Assembly: GCA_965243205.1 (NCBI GenBank)
Contig: CBDEUK010000002.1
Location: forward strand, 1,408,001-1,472,000
Reading direction: 5' to 3'
Origin: Gammaproteobacteria bacterium
GTDB lineage: Bacteria > Pseudomonadota > Gammaproteobacteria > Eutrophobiales > Eutrophobiaceae
Length of the DNA: 64,000 nt
Shown: piece after piece, positions 1-10,998 of the stretch
How the letters are laid out: each line of letters opens with the position of its first letter
Position numbering within the stretch: the stretch's first letter is position 1
The notes under the pieces: model-generated
Database searches by the model: none
What the model saw: only the letters and a program-made list of their open reading frames with translations
Told to the model about the DNA's origin: nothing
Made by a program: the position numbers and the translations under genes

Positions 1-521
1 ACAGCCATGTAATTAGAAAATTTTATTAACCAATTTTTTTGTTGAAGCCCTACTAACTGAGCTTTTTCATTTACTTGTTTCAGTTCAACATTTAAAGACT
101 CATCCACTAAACCTCTAACCCAATACATTAACGAACGAACTGGAATAGTCCAACCAACATTTTCTAACATGACTTGTTCAGGATTCTCGGTAACTAACAT
201 TCCGTCATCAGGTGTCATCAAACTATACTGCTTATCTTCTTGTCTAATTTCATAGGTACCATGAAAAGGTGCAATGATCCGTAGCCTTGAAAGATCATCG
301 TTATGTTGCCACTTCAATGTCGCAGACCAAGCATCTTCTGATGTTTTCACGCCAAGCCGGCCATTAATTTCCCATGCTTGAATGCTTTTTAATTCTTGTT
401 GACGTTCAGACCATAATATTTCAGAAACTGGTTCTGTCGTTTTGTTTGAAACAACAGGATTATTACTACACGCAGTCATCAACAATAGGAGCAATAATGC
501 TGGAAGTAACTTAATAAGCAT
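1..521 (-). CDS. lolB: Outer-membrane lipoprotein insertase LolB (3' end runs off the window)
   Basis: Not in the ORF track. Manual translation from ATG 521: MLIKLLPALLLLLLMTAC (lipobox)...WEINGRLGVK...SATLKWQH...VGWTIPVRSLMYWVRG. Canonical position downstream of the TPR gene next to hemA. Confidence 0.9.
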   Translation of the reverse strand, partial: MLIKLLPALLLLLLMTACSNNPVVSNKTTEPVSEILWSERQQELKSIQAWEINGRLGVKTSEDAWSATLKWQHNDDLSRLRIIAPFHGTYEIRQEDKQYSLMTPDDGMLVTENPEQVMLENVGWTIPVRSLMYWVRGLVDESLNVELKQVNEKAQLVGLQQKNWLIKFSNYMA

Positions 522-610
522 CGAAAGGGAAATATATAATATGTTATCTGAAATAATATTTTAGGTTGTTAGATAATATCAATTATAACAACCTATTGCA
601 GGCACAAAGT

Positions 611-2386
611 TTAATTTGTAAATCGTTTTATAACATTCAATAATTTTGTATCTTCAGGTGTTTCTTGCAAAGCAGTTTCCCAAACTTTTTTGGCACCTTC
701 TTTATCACCTTTTACCCATAATACTTCACCCAAATGGGCTGCGATCTCAGGATCAGCGCGTAAAGCTATTGCTTGTTGTAGGTAATCAATAGCCTCATCT
801 AAACGTCCCAAGCGATATAAAACCCATCCCATGCTATCCAATATAAAAAAATCTTTAGAGCTTAAATCGTAAGCACGTTTTATATAATCATAGGCCTCTT
901 GATAGCGTTCGGTTCGATCAGCCAAGGTATACCCTAGAGCATTTAACGCTTGTGAATTATTCGGATCATTTTCTATCACTTGTTTTAAATCAGCTTCTAA
1001 GACATCTAATCGCCCCATTTTTTCAGCTAACATCGCACGAGCATATAACAAATCAGCATCATAACTTTGCTCTAATGCTTCGTTATAAACATCCATCGCT
1101 TGATTATTAAGCTTCTTATCAATAAGCATTTCAGCTTCGGCCTGTGTAATGATAGTCTGCTCTTGTTTAGAAGATGTTTGAATAGTTTTAAAGTGTTCAC
1201 GTGAATCTTTAATTCTACCTTGCTCTGCAATTAACATCCCTATTCGAATTTGAGAATCAAAATAATGTTGTCCCTTCTGAACTCCACCAAACCAAGTTTC
1301 AGCTTCTTTATAAAGTTTTTGCTCTTGAGTTATGCGTCCTAAATAGTAACCTGCTTCATCAGATTTCACACTGAACTTACTTAGGCGTATAAAGTATGGC
1401 TTTGCTTCTTCTAAACGATTCGCTTGTAGATGTAAAAAAGCTAAGGCATTAACCACATCAATATTTTCAGGGTGTTTGCTATCTAATTCTTCGAAAATCT
1501 TTTGTGCTTCTTCAAAGCGTTGTGCATCAGCAAGTAACCGTGCATGGACCAATTGAAGATTAAAACTTTCTGGCTGCTTTATTAGTTCTTGTTCTAACCA
1601 TGTAATCGCTTGAGTCTTTTTCTCTTGTTTTTGTAACAATGAAACGTAGGTAATTAAGGCACTTTCATTCTTAGGTTCTAACTCAATCACTTTCAATAAT
1701 AATTGTTCAGCTTTTTCTAAATCTCCTAAACGCGTAACAACATTGGCATAAGCGAATAAAGCTTTAGGATCAGATTGCCGTTGCTCCATTAAACGTTCCA
1801 TCACACTAACAACCGTCTTTTCGTTTTCCTCACGCCCTAACATATTGGCGATCATCCACAATTTTTGATCAAACTCACCATCACCATTTTCGATAATATC
1901 TTCTAAATGATTAACTGCTTTCTCGACCTCACCATTACGTATCGCCATAACAGCGAGTATCTGTTGTGCATCCATACTTTTTGGATCAACTTGAAACCAA
2001 AGTTCGGCAGCTTCAGCAGCAGCTTGGTTATCTCTTGCATAGACTGCAATTCTTGCAGCTCGCTCTATAACTTTAGGATCACGTGTCTGACGTGCTAGTT
2101 GTAGATAATTTTCCACTGAAATATCTAACTTACCCCGATGTCCCGCAATTTCCGCTAGTAACAATTGATATAAAATATCTTGCGTCAATTCAACATCGGG
2201 ACGTTTGACTGGATCTTGAGTTTGTATTGCTGTGGGAATTCGAGATTCTGCCTCAGTTTGTTCCACTGACTTCTCAGAGACATGGGCATCTTGCTCGGGA
2301 ATCGGCTGCAAGACATTACATGCCGATAGCCAAAAGACAGCCGTTAAAAATAGAATAATCTTAGTTAACACGTTGTTCTCTACCAT
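611..2386 (-). CDS. TPR-repeat lipoprotein (PA4667/LbcA-like)
   Basis: Lipobox LSAC, many TPR repeats, NALGYTLADR and DSMGWVLYRLG motifs; divergent from hemA. Start set at ATG 2386 (uncertain). Confidence 0.88.
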   Translation of the reverse strand: MVENNVLTKIILFLTAVFWLSACNVLQPIPEQDAHVSEKSVEQTEAESRIPTAIQTQDPVKRPDVELTQDILYQLLLAEIAGHRGKLDISVENYLQLARQTRDPKVIERAARIAVYARDNQAAAEAAELWFQVDPKSMDAQQILAVMAIRNGEVEKAVNHLEDIIENGDGEFDQKLWMIANMLGREENEKTVVSVMERLMEQRQSDPKALFAYANVVTRLGDLEKAEQLLLKVIELEPKNESALITYVSLLQKQEKKTQAITWLEQELIKQPESFNLQLVHARLLADAQRFEEAQKIFEELDSKHPENIDVVNALAFLHLQANRLEEAKPYFIRLSKFSVKSDEAGYYLGRITQEQKLYKEAETWFGGVQKGQHYFDSQIRIGMLIAEQGRIKDSREHFKTIQTSSKQEQTIITQAEAEMLIDKKLNNQAMDVYNEALEQSYDADLLYARAMLAEKMGRLDVLEADLKQVIENDPNNSQALNALGYTLADRTERYQEAYDYIKRAYDLSSKDFFILDSMGWVLYRLGRLDEAIDYLQQAIALRADPEIAAHLGEVLWVKGDKEGAKKVWETALQETPEDTKLLNVIKRFTN

Positions 2387-2563
2387 AATCAGCACCATAC
2401 GGCGTATGGATATAATTGACAATATTTTCATTATAGTTGTTCCAAACAAATCTCAATATAGATTAGATATCGGCAAGATTCCTGCAGATATTGAACTGAT
2501 ATTTACGTCCAATACAGCTACAATGAGGACAAGAGTTATTGCAATGTTAAATGAATTTTATAT

Positions 2564-3844
2564 ATGAGTATCCTAGCACTGGGGATTAACCACACGACTG
2601 CTCCCATTGAATTACGTGAAAAGTTGAGCATCAATGAGGAAGATCTGCCTTTAGCTTTGAGAGAATTCATAAAGCTCGATCAAGTTAACGAAGCCGCTAT
2701 TTTATCAACTTGCAACCGTACTGAGATATATTGCAGTCATGAAGCTATAAAACCAGAAAAGCCGATTGAATGGTTATCCAGTTACCATGGTTTAAATGGA
2801 CAGGAAATAAAACCATTATTTTATACTCACCCAGATTCAGATGCTGTAAAACACTTACTTAGAGTCGCTAGCGGACTGGATTCAATGGTGCTAGGTGAAC
2901 CTCAAGTTCTAGGACAACTAAAAAACGCTTATCAAACTGCCCTGGACAGTGGTTATATCGGCAAACATTTAAATCGTCTATTTCAACACTCTTTTCATGT
3001 TGCCAAAGTCATTCGTAGCCAAACAGAAATTGGCGCCCATCCAGTTTCAGTAGCATTTGCTGCTGTACGAATGGCTCAACAAATCTTTGGTGACCTAGAA
3101 AAACAAACCGTTTTACTGATTGGGGCGGGTGAAACTACAGAACTTGTTGCCAGACATTTACATGATAAAAACTGTCAGAAATTAATCGTAGCAAATAGAA
3201 CCGTTGAGCGAGCTCAAAAATTAGCGTCTGAATTTTCCGGCTATGCTATTACGCTATCAGACATACCTAACCATTTGCCTGAAGCCGATATCATCATCAC
3301 CTCAACCGCGAGCCAATTACCAATTTTAGGCAAAGGCGCCATCGAAAGCGCTATTAAAAAACGTAAACATCGACCAGTTTTTATTGTGGATCTGGCCGTT
3401 CCTCGCGACGTCGAACCTGAAGTCGGAAACTTGAACGACGTTTATCTATATACTGTTGATGATTTAAAAGATGTAGTACAAGAAAACTTAAATAACCGTA
3501 AACAAGCGGCGATTCAGGCGGAACAAATTATTGATACTCAAGTGAATGAGTTTATGGATTGGTTCAATTCACTTACAGCAATCTCAACCATTACCTCACT
3601 TCGAGAACATGCTGAAAAAATTCAATCCGAAACCACTGAATGGGCTTTAAAACGTATCCAAGAAGGAGCCGATGCAGAGTCCATCGTCAAAGAAACAACT
3701 CGTTTACTGACCAATAAATTAATTCATAAACCCAGCAGTCAATTACGCGAGGCCAGTGCTGATGGCCGTGAGGATCTGCTTGCGGCTGCCCATGAATTAT
3801 TTTCTCTCTCACCAGAAACTAAAAAACCGACCAAAAAAGATTAG
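2564..3844 (+). CDS. hemA: Glutamyl-tRNA reductase
   Basis: GINHTTAP, STCNRTE, SGLDSMVLGEPQ, GAGET, DLAVPRD motifs. Confidence 0.98.
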   Translation: MSILALGINHTTAPIELREKLSINEEDLPLALREFIKLDQVNEAAILSTCNRTEIYCSHEAIKPEKPIEWLSSYHGLNGQEIKPLFYTHPDSDAVKHLLRVASGLDSMVLGEPQVLGQLKNAYQTALDSGYIGKHLNRLFQHSFHVAKVIRSQTEIGAHPVSVAFAAVRMAQQIFGDLEKQTVLLIGAGETTELVARHLHDKNCQKLIVANRTVERAQKLASEFSGYAITLSDIPNHLPEADIIITSTASQLPILGKGAIESAIKKRKHRPVFIVDLAVPRDVEPEVGNLNDVYLYTVDDLKDVVQENLNNRKQAAIQAEQIIDTQVNEFMDWFNSLTAISTITSLREHAEKIQSETTEWALKRIQEGADAESIVKETTRLLTNKLIHKPSSQLREASADGREDLLAAAHELFSLSPETKKPTKKD

Positions 3845-3902
3845 CTCATCTGCTAATCGCTGTTTAGAATCCGCTATCCGATTAAAGGTGCCATAAACCA
3901 AC

Positions 3903-4985
3903 ATGAAACAAAGTCTGTTAGATAAATTAGAAAAACTTGATGAACGTCTGATTGAAATTGATGCGTTAATGTCCGATCCCGATACAATTAACAATCAAAA
4001 TAAATTTCGTGAAATCTCCAAAGAACGAGCAGAAATTGATCCTATTGTTCAATGTTTTAAAAACTATAGAGGTGTAACGGATACTATTGAGACCGCCAAG
4101 GAAATGTTAAAAGATGGCGATGCTGAAATACGCGAAATGGCGCAAGAAGAATTGAAAGAAGCGCAAACACAAAACGAAGAATTGGAACTCGAATTACAAA
4201 AACTATTACTTCCCAAAGACCCAGCCGATAACAGTAATATCTTTTTAGAAATACGTGCAGGCACAGGTGGTGAAGAAGCTGCTTTATTCTCAGGTGATTT
4301 AATGCGTATGTATACACGTTATGCTGAAAGCCGCAAATGGCAAATAGAAGTCATTAATTTGGCTGAAAGTGATTTGGCTGGTTATAAAGAAATCATTTTA
4401 CGTGTGATCGGTGAAGGTGCTTATTCACGTTTAAAATTTGAATCTGGCGCTCATCGCGTACAACGCGTTCCTGAAACGGAATCACAAGGCCGTATCCATA
4501 CTTCAGCATGTACTGTCGCCGTGTTACCTGAATTGGATGAAGTTGAAGAGATTGATATCAATCCTGCCGATTTACGCATTGATACCTTTCGTGCTTCAGG
4601 CGCTGGAGGACAACATGTCAACAAAACTGATTCGGCGATTCGCATTACTCATATTCCGACCAACACTGTTGTTGAATGCCAAGACGAACGTTCACAACAT
4701 AAAAACAAAGCACGTGCGATGTCTTTATTATCCGCTCGATTGATGAATGCTGAACGTGAAAAACAATCTTCCGAGCAAGCAGAAAATCGTCGTAACCTTG
4801 TAGGCAGTGGCGATCGTTCAGAACGCATTCGTACTTACAACTACCCACAAGGCCGTATTACTGATCATCGTATTAATTTAACCGTGTATAAACTCGATGA
4901 ATTTATGGAAGGCAGTTTGGATATGATCATTGAACCATTGATTAACGAGTATCAAGCGGATCAACTTGCGACATTAAATGAATAA
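3903..4985 (+). CDS. prfA: Peptide chain release factor 1
   Basis: GGQ motif, PET specificity loop, follows hemA. Confidence 0.98.
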   Translation: MKQSLLDKLEKLDERLIEIDALMSDPDTINNQNKFREISKERAEIDPIVQCFKNYRGVTDTIETAKEMLKDGDAEIREMAQEELKEAQTQNEELELELQKLLLPKDPADNSNIFLEIRAGTGGEEAALFSGDLMRMYTRYAESRKWQIEVINLAESDLAGYKEIILRVIGEGAYSRLKFESGAHRVQRVPETESQGRIHTSACTVAVLPELDEVEEIDINPADLRIDTFRASGAGGQHVNKTDSAIRITHIPTNTVVECQDERSQHKNKARAMSLLSARLMNAEREKQSSEQAENRRNLVGSGDRSERIRTYNYPQGRITDHRINLTVYKLDEFMEGSLDMIIEPLINEYQADQLATLNE

Positions 4986-4990
4986 ATATT

Positions 4991-5830
4991 TTGTCTGCAT
5001 CTATATCATCATTGCTAAACACGGCCATTGAAACACTTTCATCAAGCGACTCTGCTCGGATAGACGCTGAAATATTATTAATGCATGTAATCGATAAAGA
5101 TCGTAGCTATATTTACGCCCACAGCGAAGATTTTCTTGAACCTTCTCAAATCAACACCTTTGATAACCTAATCCAACAAAGATCCAAAGGTGTGCCTATA
5201 GCTTATTTAACAGGTACAAAAGAATTCTGGTCTCGAAAATTTCATGTCACAAAAGACACCTTAATTCCAAGACCAGAAACTGAACTACTCATAGAAACCG
5301 TTTTAAAACTTGCCAATAAAAATGACGAGTTAAATATCCTTGATTTAGGTACAGGTACTGGTGCAATAGCAATTACTTTAGCCAAAGAATTACCACTAGC
5401 ATCACTAACTGCTACAGATATATCTTTTCATACATTAAACGTTGCAAAACGCAATGCTGAATATCATCAAATCAATAATATTGATCTCCATGTCAGTGAT
5501 TGGTTTAGTCATATTAAAGATAAGACATTTAATTTTATCATTAGTAATCCACCTTATATCAGTGAATCTGATCCACATTTACAACAAGGGGATGTACAGT
5601 TTGAACCAATCAGTGCATTAACATCAGGCAAAAATGGTTTAGATGATCTAACGACGATTATTACTCAAGCACAGAATTATTTAGAGTCAGATGGTTATTT
5701 ACTCGTTGAACACGGTTTTCAACAAGGCAAAGATGTTACGATTTTAATGGAACAAGAAAATTATCAATCTATACATGCATTATATGATTTAGCCGGTCAT
5801 CATAGAGCGACAATGGCTATGAAAAAATAA
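4991..5830 (+). CDS. prmC: Release factor glutamine methyltransferase HemK/PrmC
   Basis: LIPRPETE, DLGTGTG, NPPY; follows prfA; TTG start. Confidence 0.96.
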   Translation: MSASISSLLNTAIETLSSSDSARIDAEILLMHVIDKDRSYIYAHSEDFLEPSQINTFDNLIQQRSKGVPIAYLTGTKEFWSRKFHVTKDTLIPRPETELLIETVLKLANKNDELNILDLGTGTGAIAITLAKELPLASLTATDISFHTLNVAKRNAEYHQINNIDLHVSDWFSHIKDKTFNFIISNPPYISESDPHLQQGDVQFEPISALTSGKNGLDDLTTIITQAQNYLESDGYLLVEHGFQQGKDVTILMEQENYQSIHALYDLAGHHRATMAMKK

Positions 5831-5851
5831 TCAGCACGGTATGATCCTAAT

Positions 5852-6595
5852 ATGAACGAAGAACAATTATTACGATACAGCCGACAAATGATGTTGCCAG
5901 AGATTGATGCTGCAGGTCAGTTAAGACTTGCTGATAGCAAAGTATTAATCATAGGCTTGGGCGGACTTGGATCTTCGGCATCCATGTATTTATGCAGCGG
6001 CGGCGTTGGTGAACTAAGCTTAGTCGATTTTGACACCGTTGAGTTATCCAACCTGCAACGTCAAATTGTTCATACCACACTTAATATTGGTAAACCCAAA
6101 GTTGAATCAGCCAAAACTCAACTTAATGCTATCAATCCTGATATCCATATTAATACCATCAATAAAAAATTAGAATTTGATGAACTCTCAGCTCTCATTC
6201 AACAACATGATCTCGTACTAGATTGTTCAGATAATTTTCAAACCCGTTTTGAAATTAACAAAGCCTGTGTGACTCATAAAAAACCTTTAGTTTCTGCAGC
6301 AGCAATTCGTTTTGAAGCACAAGTAAGCGTGTTTGATCTAAGAAACGAAACCTCACCATGTTATCGTTGTTTATATGATGAAACTTCTTTTACCGATCAA
6401 ACCTGTACGGCCAATGGCGTGATTGCACCTTTGTTAGGTATTGTTGGTAGCATTCAAGCTTTGGAAGCAATGAAGTTGATAATGGATATTGGTGAAGTAC
6501 TTATTGGAAAATTACTGTTGTTCGATGCCTTATCGATGGAATGGCATGTTGCTAAACTCAATAAAGATACATCTTGTCCAATTTGTAGTTCTTAA
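5852..6595 (+). CDS. moeB: Molybdopterin-synthase adenylyltransferase (MoeB/ThiF family)
   Basis: RYSRQ, GLGGLG, SNLQRQ, CYRC and CPIC Zn motifs; usual position after prmC. Confidence 0.88.
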   Translation: MNEEQLLRYSRQMMLPEIDAAGQLRLADSKVLIIGLGGLGSSASMYLCSGGVGELSLVDFDTVELSNLQRQIVHTTLNIGKPKVESAKTQLNAINPDIHINTINKKLEFDELSALIQQHDLVLDCSDNFQTRFEINKACVTHKKPLVSAAAIRFEAQVSVFDLRNETSPCYRCLYDETSFTDQTCTANGVIAPLLGIVGSIQALEAMKLIMDIGEVLIGKLLLFDALSMEWHVAKLNKDTSCPICSS

Positions 6596-6612
6596 GACCA
6601 AGCTAATAGTAT

Positions 6613-7566
6613 ATGAAGTACGACAACAGTCTTGACGCATTAATCAAACCTGGTAGTTCTGATCATTTTTTTCAATTTGAAACTTTTCCTCACTTATATT
6701 TAAACAGTCATCAGTTTGAAACCAGTAATGCGTGTTTATTAGCTGAACTGTGTCGTTTAATATATCGTAATGATCAATCGATTTATTCTGGATCAGAAAA
6801 AATTTCTTTTCTGAATACTGTTTTAAAATCCGTTAACATCGAGTGGCTTGATTGTTTTCAAAATGATGAACATTCTGTTTATGCATGGTTATTAAAAACT
6901 TCCGCTTATGACATACAAAAAAAACAAACAGTAGATTGTTTAATATTAATCTTTCGTGGCAGTAACAGCATTGATAATTGGAAACTCAATGCCAATGCAA
7001 AACTAACTTCTCATCACACTCAAGGAAATGTTCATCAAGGATTTCTAAAAGCATTCGAGTCTATAAAAAAATTATTAGACAAGAGCGATGACTTGCATAA
7101 ACTTCCAATTATTGTAGCAGGTCACAGTTTGGGAGCAGCGCTTGCCTTATTAACCATGGCTGAGTTTCAAACACATTTTTCGTTTGATAGTTGTTATTCT
7201 TTTGGTTCACCTAAAATTGGTGACCGTAGTTTTATAGAAACATTAGAATCAAATGATATATATCGAATTATTAATCGAAACGACATCATCACGATGCTGC
7301 CGTTTGATTTTTTAAACTCTCAATATCAGCACGTAGGTGAATCACATTATTTTACGGAAGAAAAACATTTCATTGGTTATCTCGAAGACAGCATCTTTTC
7401 GATGCAGCAAGATGATTTACCGAATATAAAAAAAATAAACTCTATTGAAGGTTTTCTTTTAATGTTTAAAAACCTCGAGCGGGATATACCGACTTATCTA
7501 TCAGATCATGCTCCGATTAACTATTTAGTAAGACTCAATAAACAGTTCGAATCTTTAAAAAACTAG
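6613..7566 (+). CDS. Class 3 lipase family protein
   Basis: FRGS, VHQGF, GHSLG nucleophile elbow, FGSPKIG, DIITMLP, terminal DH; no signal peptide. Confidence 0.85.
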   Translation: MKYDNSLDALIKPGSSDHFFQFETFPHLYLNSHQFETSNACLLAELCRLIYRNDQSIYSGSEKISFLNTVLKSVNIEWLDCFQNDEHSVYAWLLKTSAYDIQKKQTVDCLILIFRGSNSIDNWKLNANAKLTSHHTQGNVHQGFLKAFESIKKLLDKSDDLHKLPIIVAGHSLGAALALLTMAEFQTHFSFDSCYSFGSPKIGDRSFIETLESNDIYRIINRNDIITMLPFDFLNSQYQHVGESHYFTEEKHFIGYLEDSIFSMQQDDLPNIKKINSIEGFLLMFKNLERDIPTYLSDHAPINYLVRLNKQFESLKN

Positions 7567-7573
7567 ACGTTGC

Positions 7574-8974
7574 TTAAACCGCCATATCCAATTCTTTGAT
7601 CTTACGTGTCAGAGTATTTCTTCCCCAACCTAATAACTTCGCTGCATCTTGGCGTCGACCACCAGTTTTTTGTAAGGCGACATCAATCATAATTTTTTCA
7701 AACATAGGCACTGCTTCAGACAATATATCGGAATTACCTTTCGATAAACTTTGCTCTACCCAACGACGTAAGCCACTTTGCCAATCACCATCTTCGGTCC
7801 TAGTTTGTTCATGATCTTTTAATTCTGGTGGTAAGTCTTCGATATGAATCTCATGTCCAGAAGCCATTACTGTTATCCAACGACAAAAGTTCTCTAACTG
7901 TCTGACATTACCTGGCCACTCTAATGCATTTAAAAATTCCTGAGTCTCCGGCATGATCATTTTAGAATCGATCTTTAATTCATTCGCTGATGCACGTAAA
8001 AAATGATCAGTTAATTCAGAGATATCTTCTCGACGTTCGCGTAATGGTGGTACATGTACACGAATAACATTCAAACGATGAAATAAATCTTCTCTAAACT
8101 CACCTGAATTAACACGGTTTTCTAAATTTTGATGAGTCGCTGCAATGATTCGCACATCCGAACGTATTGGCATATGCCCACCAACTCGATAAAACTCACC
8201 ATCCGCCAACACACGCAGTAAACGAGTTTGTAAATCCGCAGGCATATCACCGATTTCATCTAAAAATAGTGTTCCGCCATTGGCTTGTTGAAAACGACCA
8301 ACCCTTTGGCTCGTCGCGCCTGTAAATGCACCTTTTTCATGACCAAACAATTCAGATTCTAATAATTCTTTAGGAATCGCTGCAGTATTTAATGCTATGA
8401 ATGGGTTTTCCGCACGTGGACTGTGTTGATGTAAGGCCTTTGCGACTAATTCTTTTCCAGTACCAGATTCACCTGTAATCAGAACCGTTAAGTTTGAACT
8501 GGATAATCGGCCTATTGCTCTGAATACCTCTTGCATTGCTGGCGCTGAACCTAAGATTTCCTTATCAGTATCATCACTTTTTTTGGGCAAACTGGTTTCT
8601 ATAAGTTCACGTTCTGCTAAGGCTCTTTGTACAAGGTTAACTAATTCATCAATATCAAATGGTTTAGAAAGATATTCGAACGCACCACCTTGAAATGCCG
8701 AGACCGCTCTATCTAAATCGGAATACGCAGTCATGATGATGACTGGTACATTTGGAGCCATATCTTTAATTTGACCTAATAATTCAATGCCATCGGTATC
8801 AGGCATGCGAATATCAGAGATAATCGCTTGCGGGCAGCTACTTTTAAGTTGTTCTAAAACATGGTTACCATTCTCAAAACTCATAGTCTTTATTTCAGCC
8901 TTTTCGAGGGCTTTTTCTAATACCCAGCGAATTGACCGATCATCATCAACGACCCAAACTTCCTGCTTACTCAT
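7574..8974 (-). CDS. ntrC: Nitrogen regulation response regulator NtrC (sigma54 activator)
   Basis: REC domain (VVDDD, DIRMP), GESGTGKE, GAFTGA, C-terminal HTH LLGWGRNTLTRK. Start MSKQEVW at 8974 overlaps the ntrB stop. Confidence 0.97.
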   Translation of the reverse strand: MSKQEVWVVDDDRSIRWVLEKALEKAEIKTMSFENGNHVLEQLKSSCPQAIISDIRMPDTDGIELLGQIKDMAPNVPVIIMTAYSDLDRAVSAFQGGAFEYLSKPFDIDELVNLVQRALAERELIETSLPKKSDDTDKEILGSAPAMQEVFRAIGRLSSSNLTVLITGESGTGKELVAKALHQHSPRAENPFIALNTAAIPKELLESELFGHEKGAFTGATSQRVGRFQQANGGTLFLDEIGDMPADLQTRLLRVLADGEFYRVGGHMPIRSDVRIIAATHQNLENRVNSGEFREDLFHRLNVIRVHVPPLRERREDISELTDHFLRASANELKIDSKMIMPETQEFLNALEWPGNVRQLENFCRWITVMASGHEIHIEDLPPELKDHEQTRTEDGDWQSGLRRWVEQSLSKGNSDILSEAVPMFEKIMIDVALQKTGGRRQDAAKLLGWGRNTLTRKIKELDMAV

Positions 8975-10037
8975 CTGTTGAATCTCTCCATGGAATGAGG
9001 ACGGTGAAAGTGGTTTTATGTTGGTTGCGATTGTATTCAATGATTCCTCCATGCTTTTGTACAAGCGATTGGGCGATTGGAAGTCCAAGACCAGTGCCCT
9101 CTGCTCGGGTAGTGATCATTGGGTAAAAAATTCTATCAACAAGGTTTTCATCTACGCCTGGGCCATCATCGATAATGTCTATTCTGATGCAAAGTTTATG
9201 CAATTGATGTGCGATAGTGACTTTATGCGTAGCCCTGGTTTTTATAATGATTTGGCCTTGATTATTAACAGCCTGATTAGCGTTACGTAGTAAATTTAAA
9301 AATACTTGCACCAAACTTTCCCGATCGACAAATATTTCGGGCAAACTTGGATCATAATCAGAGATAAACTGACTACTGATATCTTTCTCTGCATGAAGCA
9401 AATGCAGTACATATTGTAATATTTCGTGAATATTCTCTTCAGCAAATGAAAGTTCTTTATCCGGCGTTAAAATTTTATCGACTAAGTTACGTAACCTATC
9501 GGCTTCATTGATAACAATATCGGTATACTCTTTCAGCCCATCTTCTTCTAACTCTTGCCTTAACAATTGCGCAGCACCACGAATACCACCCAGTGGATTC
9601 TTAATTTCATGAGCTAATGCCCTGCCCAGTTCTTTCGTGGTTAAATTTTGAGAAATCAATGTTTCCTCACGAGCAATTCGGTTATAAAAATTACTATTCG
9701 TCATCTCGACCAACACATGTTTGCCTGACTTTTTAACGTTTATAGGCGTAAAGACACAGTCAACTGTAATCTTTTTCTCATTCAACAATTCAATTTCCAT
9801 AGCCCACTCGGAGTACGGAGAACCTGTTTCAAACGACCGTTGTAGTAATCCAGAAAATGCATTCTTTCCAGGAATGATGTGTTCAACTTTCATCCCTTTC
9901 ATCTGGCGCTGACTAACAGACAGCAAATCTTCTGCAGCAGCATTCATGAGGCCTAGACGAAATGCTTCATCAAATAACAACACAGCGGTTGTTAGATGCT
10001 CGCCAACTACTCCTGCTAAAGCCCCAGAATTAAACAT
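8967..10037 (-). CDS. ntrB: Nitrogen regulation histidine kinase NtrB
   Basis: PAS domain, LAHEIKNPLGGIRGAAQLL H-box, DYDPSLP, GTGLGL. Confidence 0.96.
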   Translation of the reverse strand: MFNSGALAGVVGEHLTTAVLLFDEAFRLGLMNAAAEDLLSVSQRQMKGMKVEHIIPGKNAFSGLLQRSFETGSPYSEWAMEIELLNEKKITVDCVFTPINVKKSGKHVLVEMTNSNFYNRIAREETLISQNLTTKELGRALAHEIKNPLGGIRGAAQLLRQELEEDGLKEYTDIVINEADRLRNLVDKILTPDKELSFAEENIHEILQYVLHLLHAEKDISSQFISDYDPSLPEIFVDRESLVQVFLNLLRNANQAVNNQGQIIIKTRATHKVTIAHQLHKLCIRIDIIDDGPGVDENLVDRIFYPMITTRAEGTGLGLPIAQSLVQKHGGIIEYNRNQHKTTFTVLIPWRDSTDE

Positions 10038-10051
10038 AACTCATATATTAT

Positions 10052-10068
10052 TGCACCAAATTAGTGCG
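10052..10068. promoter_or_regulatory. NtrC binding site upstream of ntrB (probable autorepression)
   Basis: TGCACCAAATTAGTGCG matches TGCAC-N7-GTGCA, about 15 bp from the ntrB start. Confidence 0.8.
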
Positions 10069-10230
10069 AATTATAGATATTTATTTAGTATTTACAGATT
10101 CAGCTTATTTTTTTACTAATAAATTCAATGATTTAAAAAACATAAAAAAATAGCTAATTACTCTATATCATAAAGAGCAATAACTAGACCATATTGGGGC
10201 AAGCTTGGTCTGATTGATGGATGGAAGTAA

Positions 10231-10782
10231 TTAGTTGGTGGGGCGATTAATGATTGAAATGCGCTGTAAATGCACAGTAACACTATTGGATTCAAAGATA
10301 CTTTTACCAGCAGCAGATTTAATTTTAGCTTGTAAGGTGTGAGTACCACGATCTACATTTGCTAAATCGAAAGATAATTGACGACCGCTTGCTACTTCAG
10401 CTCCGTCCATATACAACGCCACAGTATCATTACCACGCAACTCAGGCTCCAACGTTAATAATATTGTCATTGCCCCTGTATTTTCTCGAATATTTTCATC
10501 GTTTTTAGGACTCACAATGCTGAAATTATTGTATTTTGGTAATTCTTTTATCGTATTGGATGCAGAGCCAGCAGGAGCTGCACCGACATTTTCTCTAGGC
10601 ACTGTTTGAATATCTTGAATGATAATTTTTTCTGCATTCTTCGATGGTTGATCAGAAAACACAGGATTACCGTCTTTATCACGAGTGACAAAGATCTCAG
10701 TAGCAATAGCGTTGATTGATAGAGAGACAGCAATGATAGATAGACCAATACAACAAATACCTTTGTTAAATCGTGTTTTCAT
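10231..10782 (-). CDS. DUF4124-domain secreted protein
   Basis: Signal peptide, RDKDGNPVFSDQP motif, Ig-like C-terminus (VDRGTHTLQ); usual neighbour of ntrB. Start set at ATG 10782. Confidence 0.82.
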   Translation of the reverse strand: MKTRFNKGICCIGLSIIAVSLSINAIATEIFVTRDKDGNPVFSDQPSKNAEKIIIQDIQTVPRENVGAAPAGSASNTIKELPKYNNFSIVSPKNDENIRENTGAMTILLTLEPELRGNDTVALYMDGAEVASGRQLSFDLANVDRGTHTLQAKIKSAAGKSIFESNSVTVHLQRISIINRPTN

Positions 10783-10998
10783 AAATGCTTTGTCTCTGCT
10801 ATTTGAATTCATGGATCTTAATTGACCTTTGTTAAGTACACAAATAGTAAGACGAAAATAAATACATAAGGTTTCATTAAATAATCGAATAAAATTATTA
10901 ACTTATAGTGATATTTACTTTCTTTTCAGTCTGCTCTCACCTACTATTTTAACTATTGATACATTAATCTTACTTATCAATATTAAGAGGTCTTAAGT

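Noticed and set aside
3903-4985. Programmed frameshift in the release factor gene
   Set aside because: The gene is RF1 (PxT motif) with an uninterrupted frame; the frameshift is a feature of prfB.
7574-9088. Long N-terminal extensions in the ORF track (ntrC 9088, rhlB 20918, rpsU 36292, hinT 62563, 46408, 60856)
   Set aside because: They overlap neighbouring genes or lack homology-like sequence. Downstream starts with an RBS and family-typical N-termini fit better.
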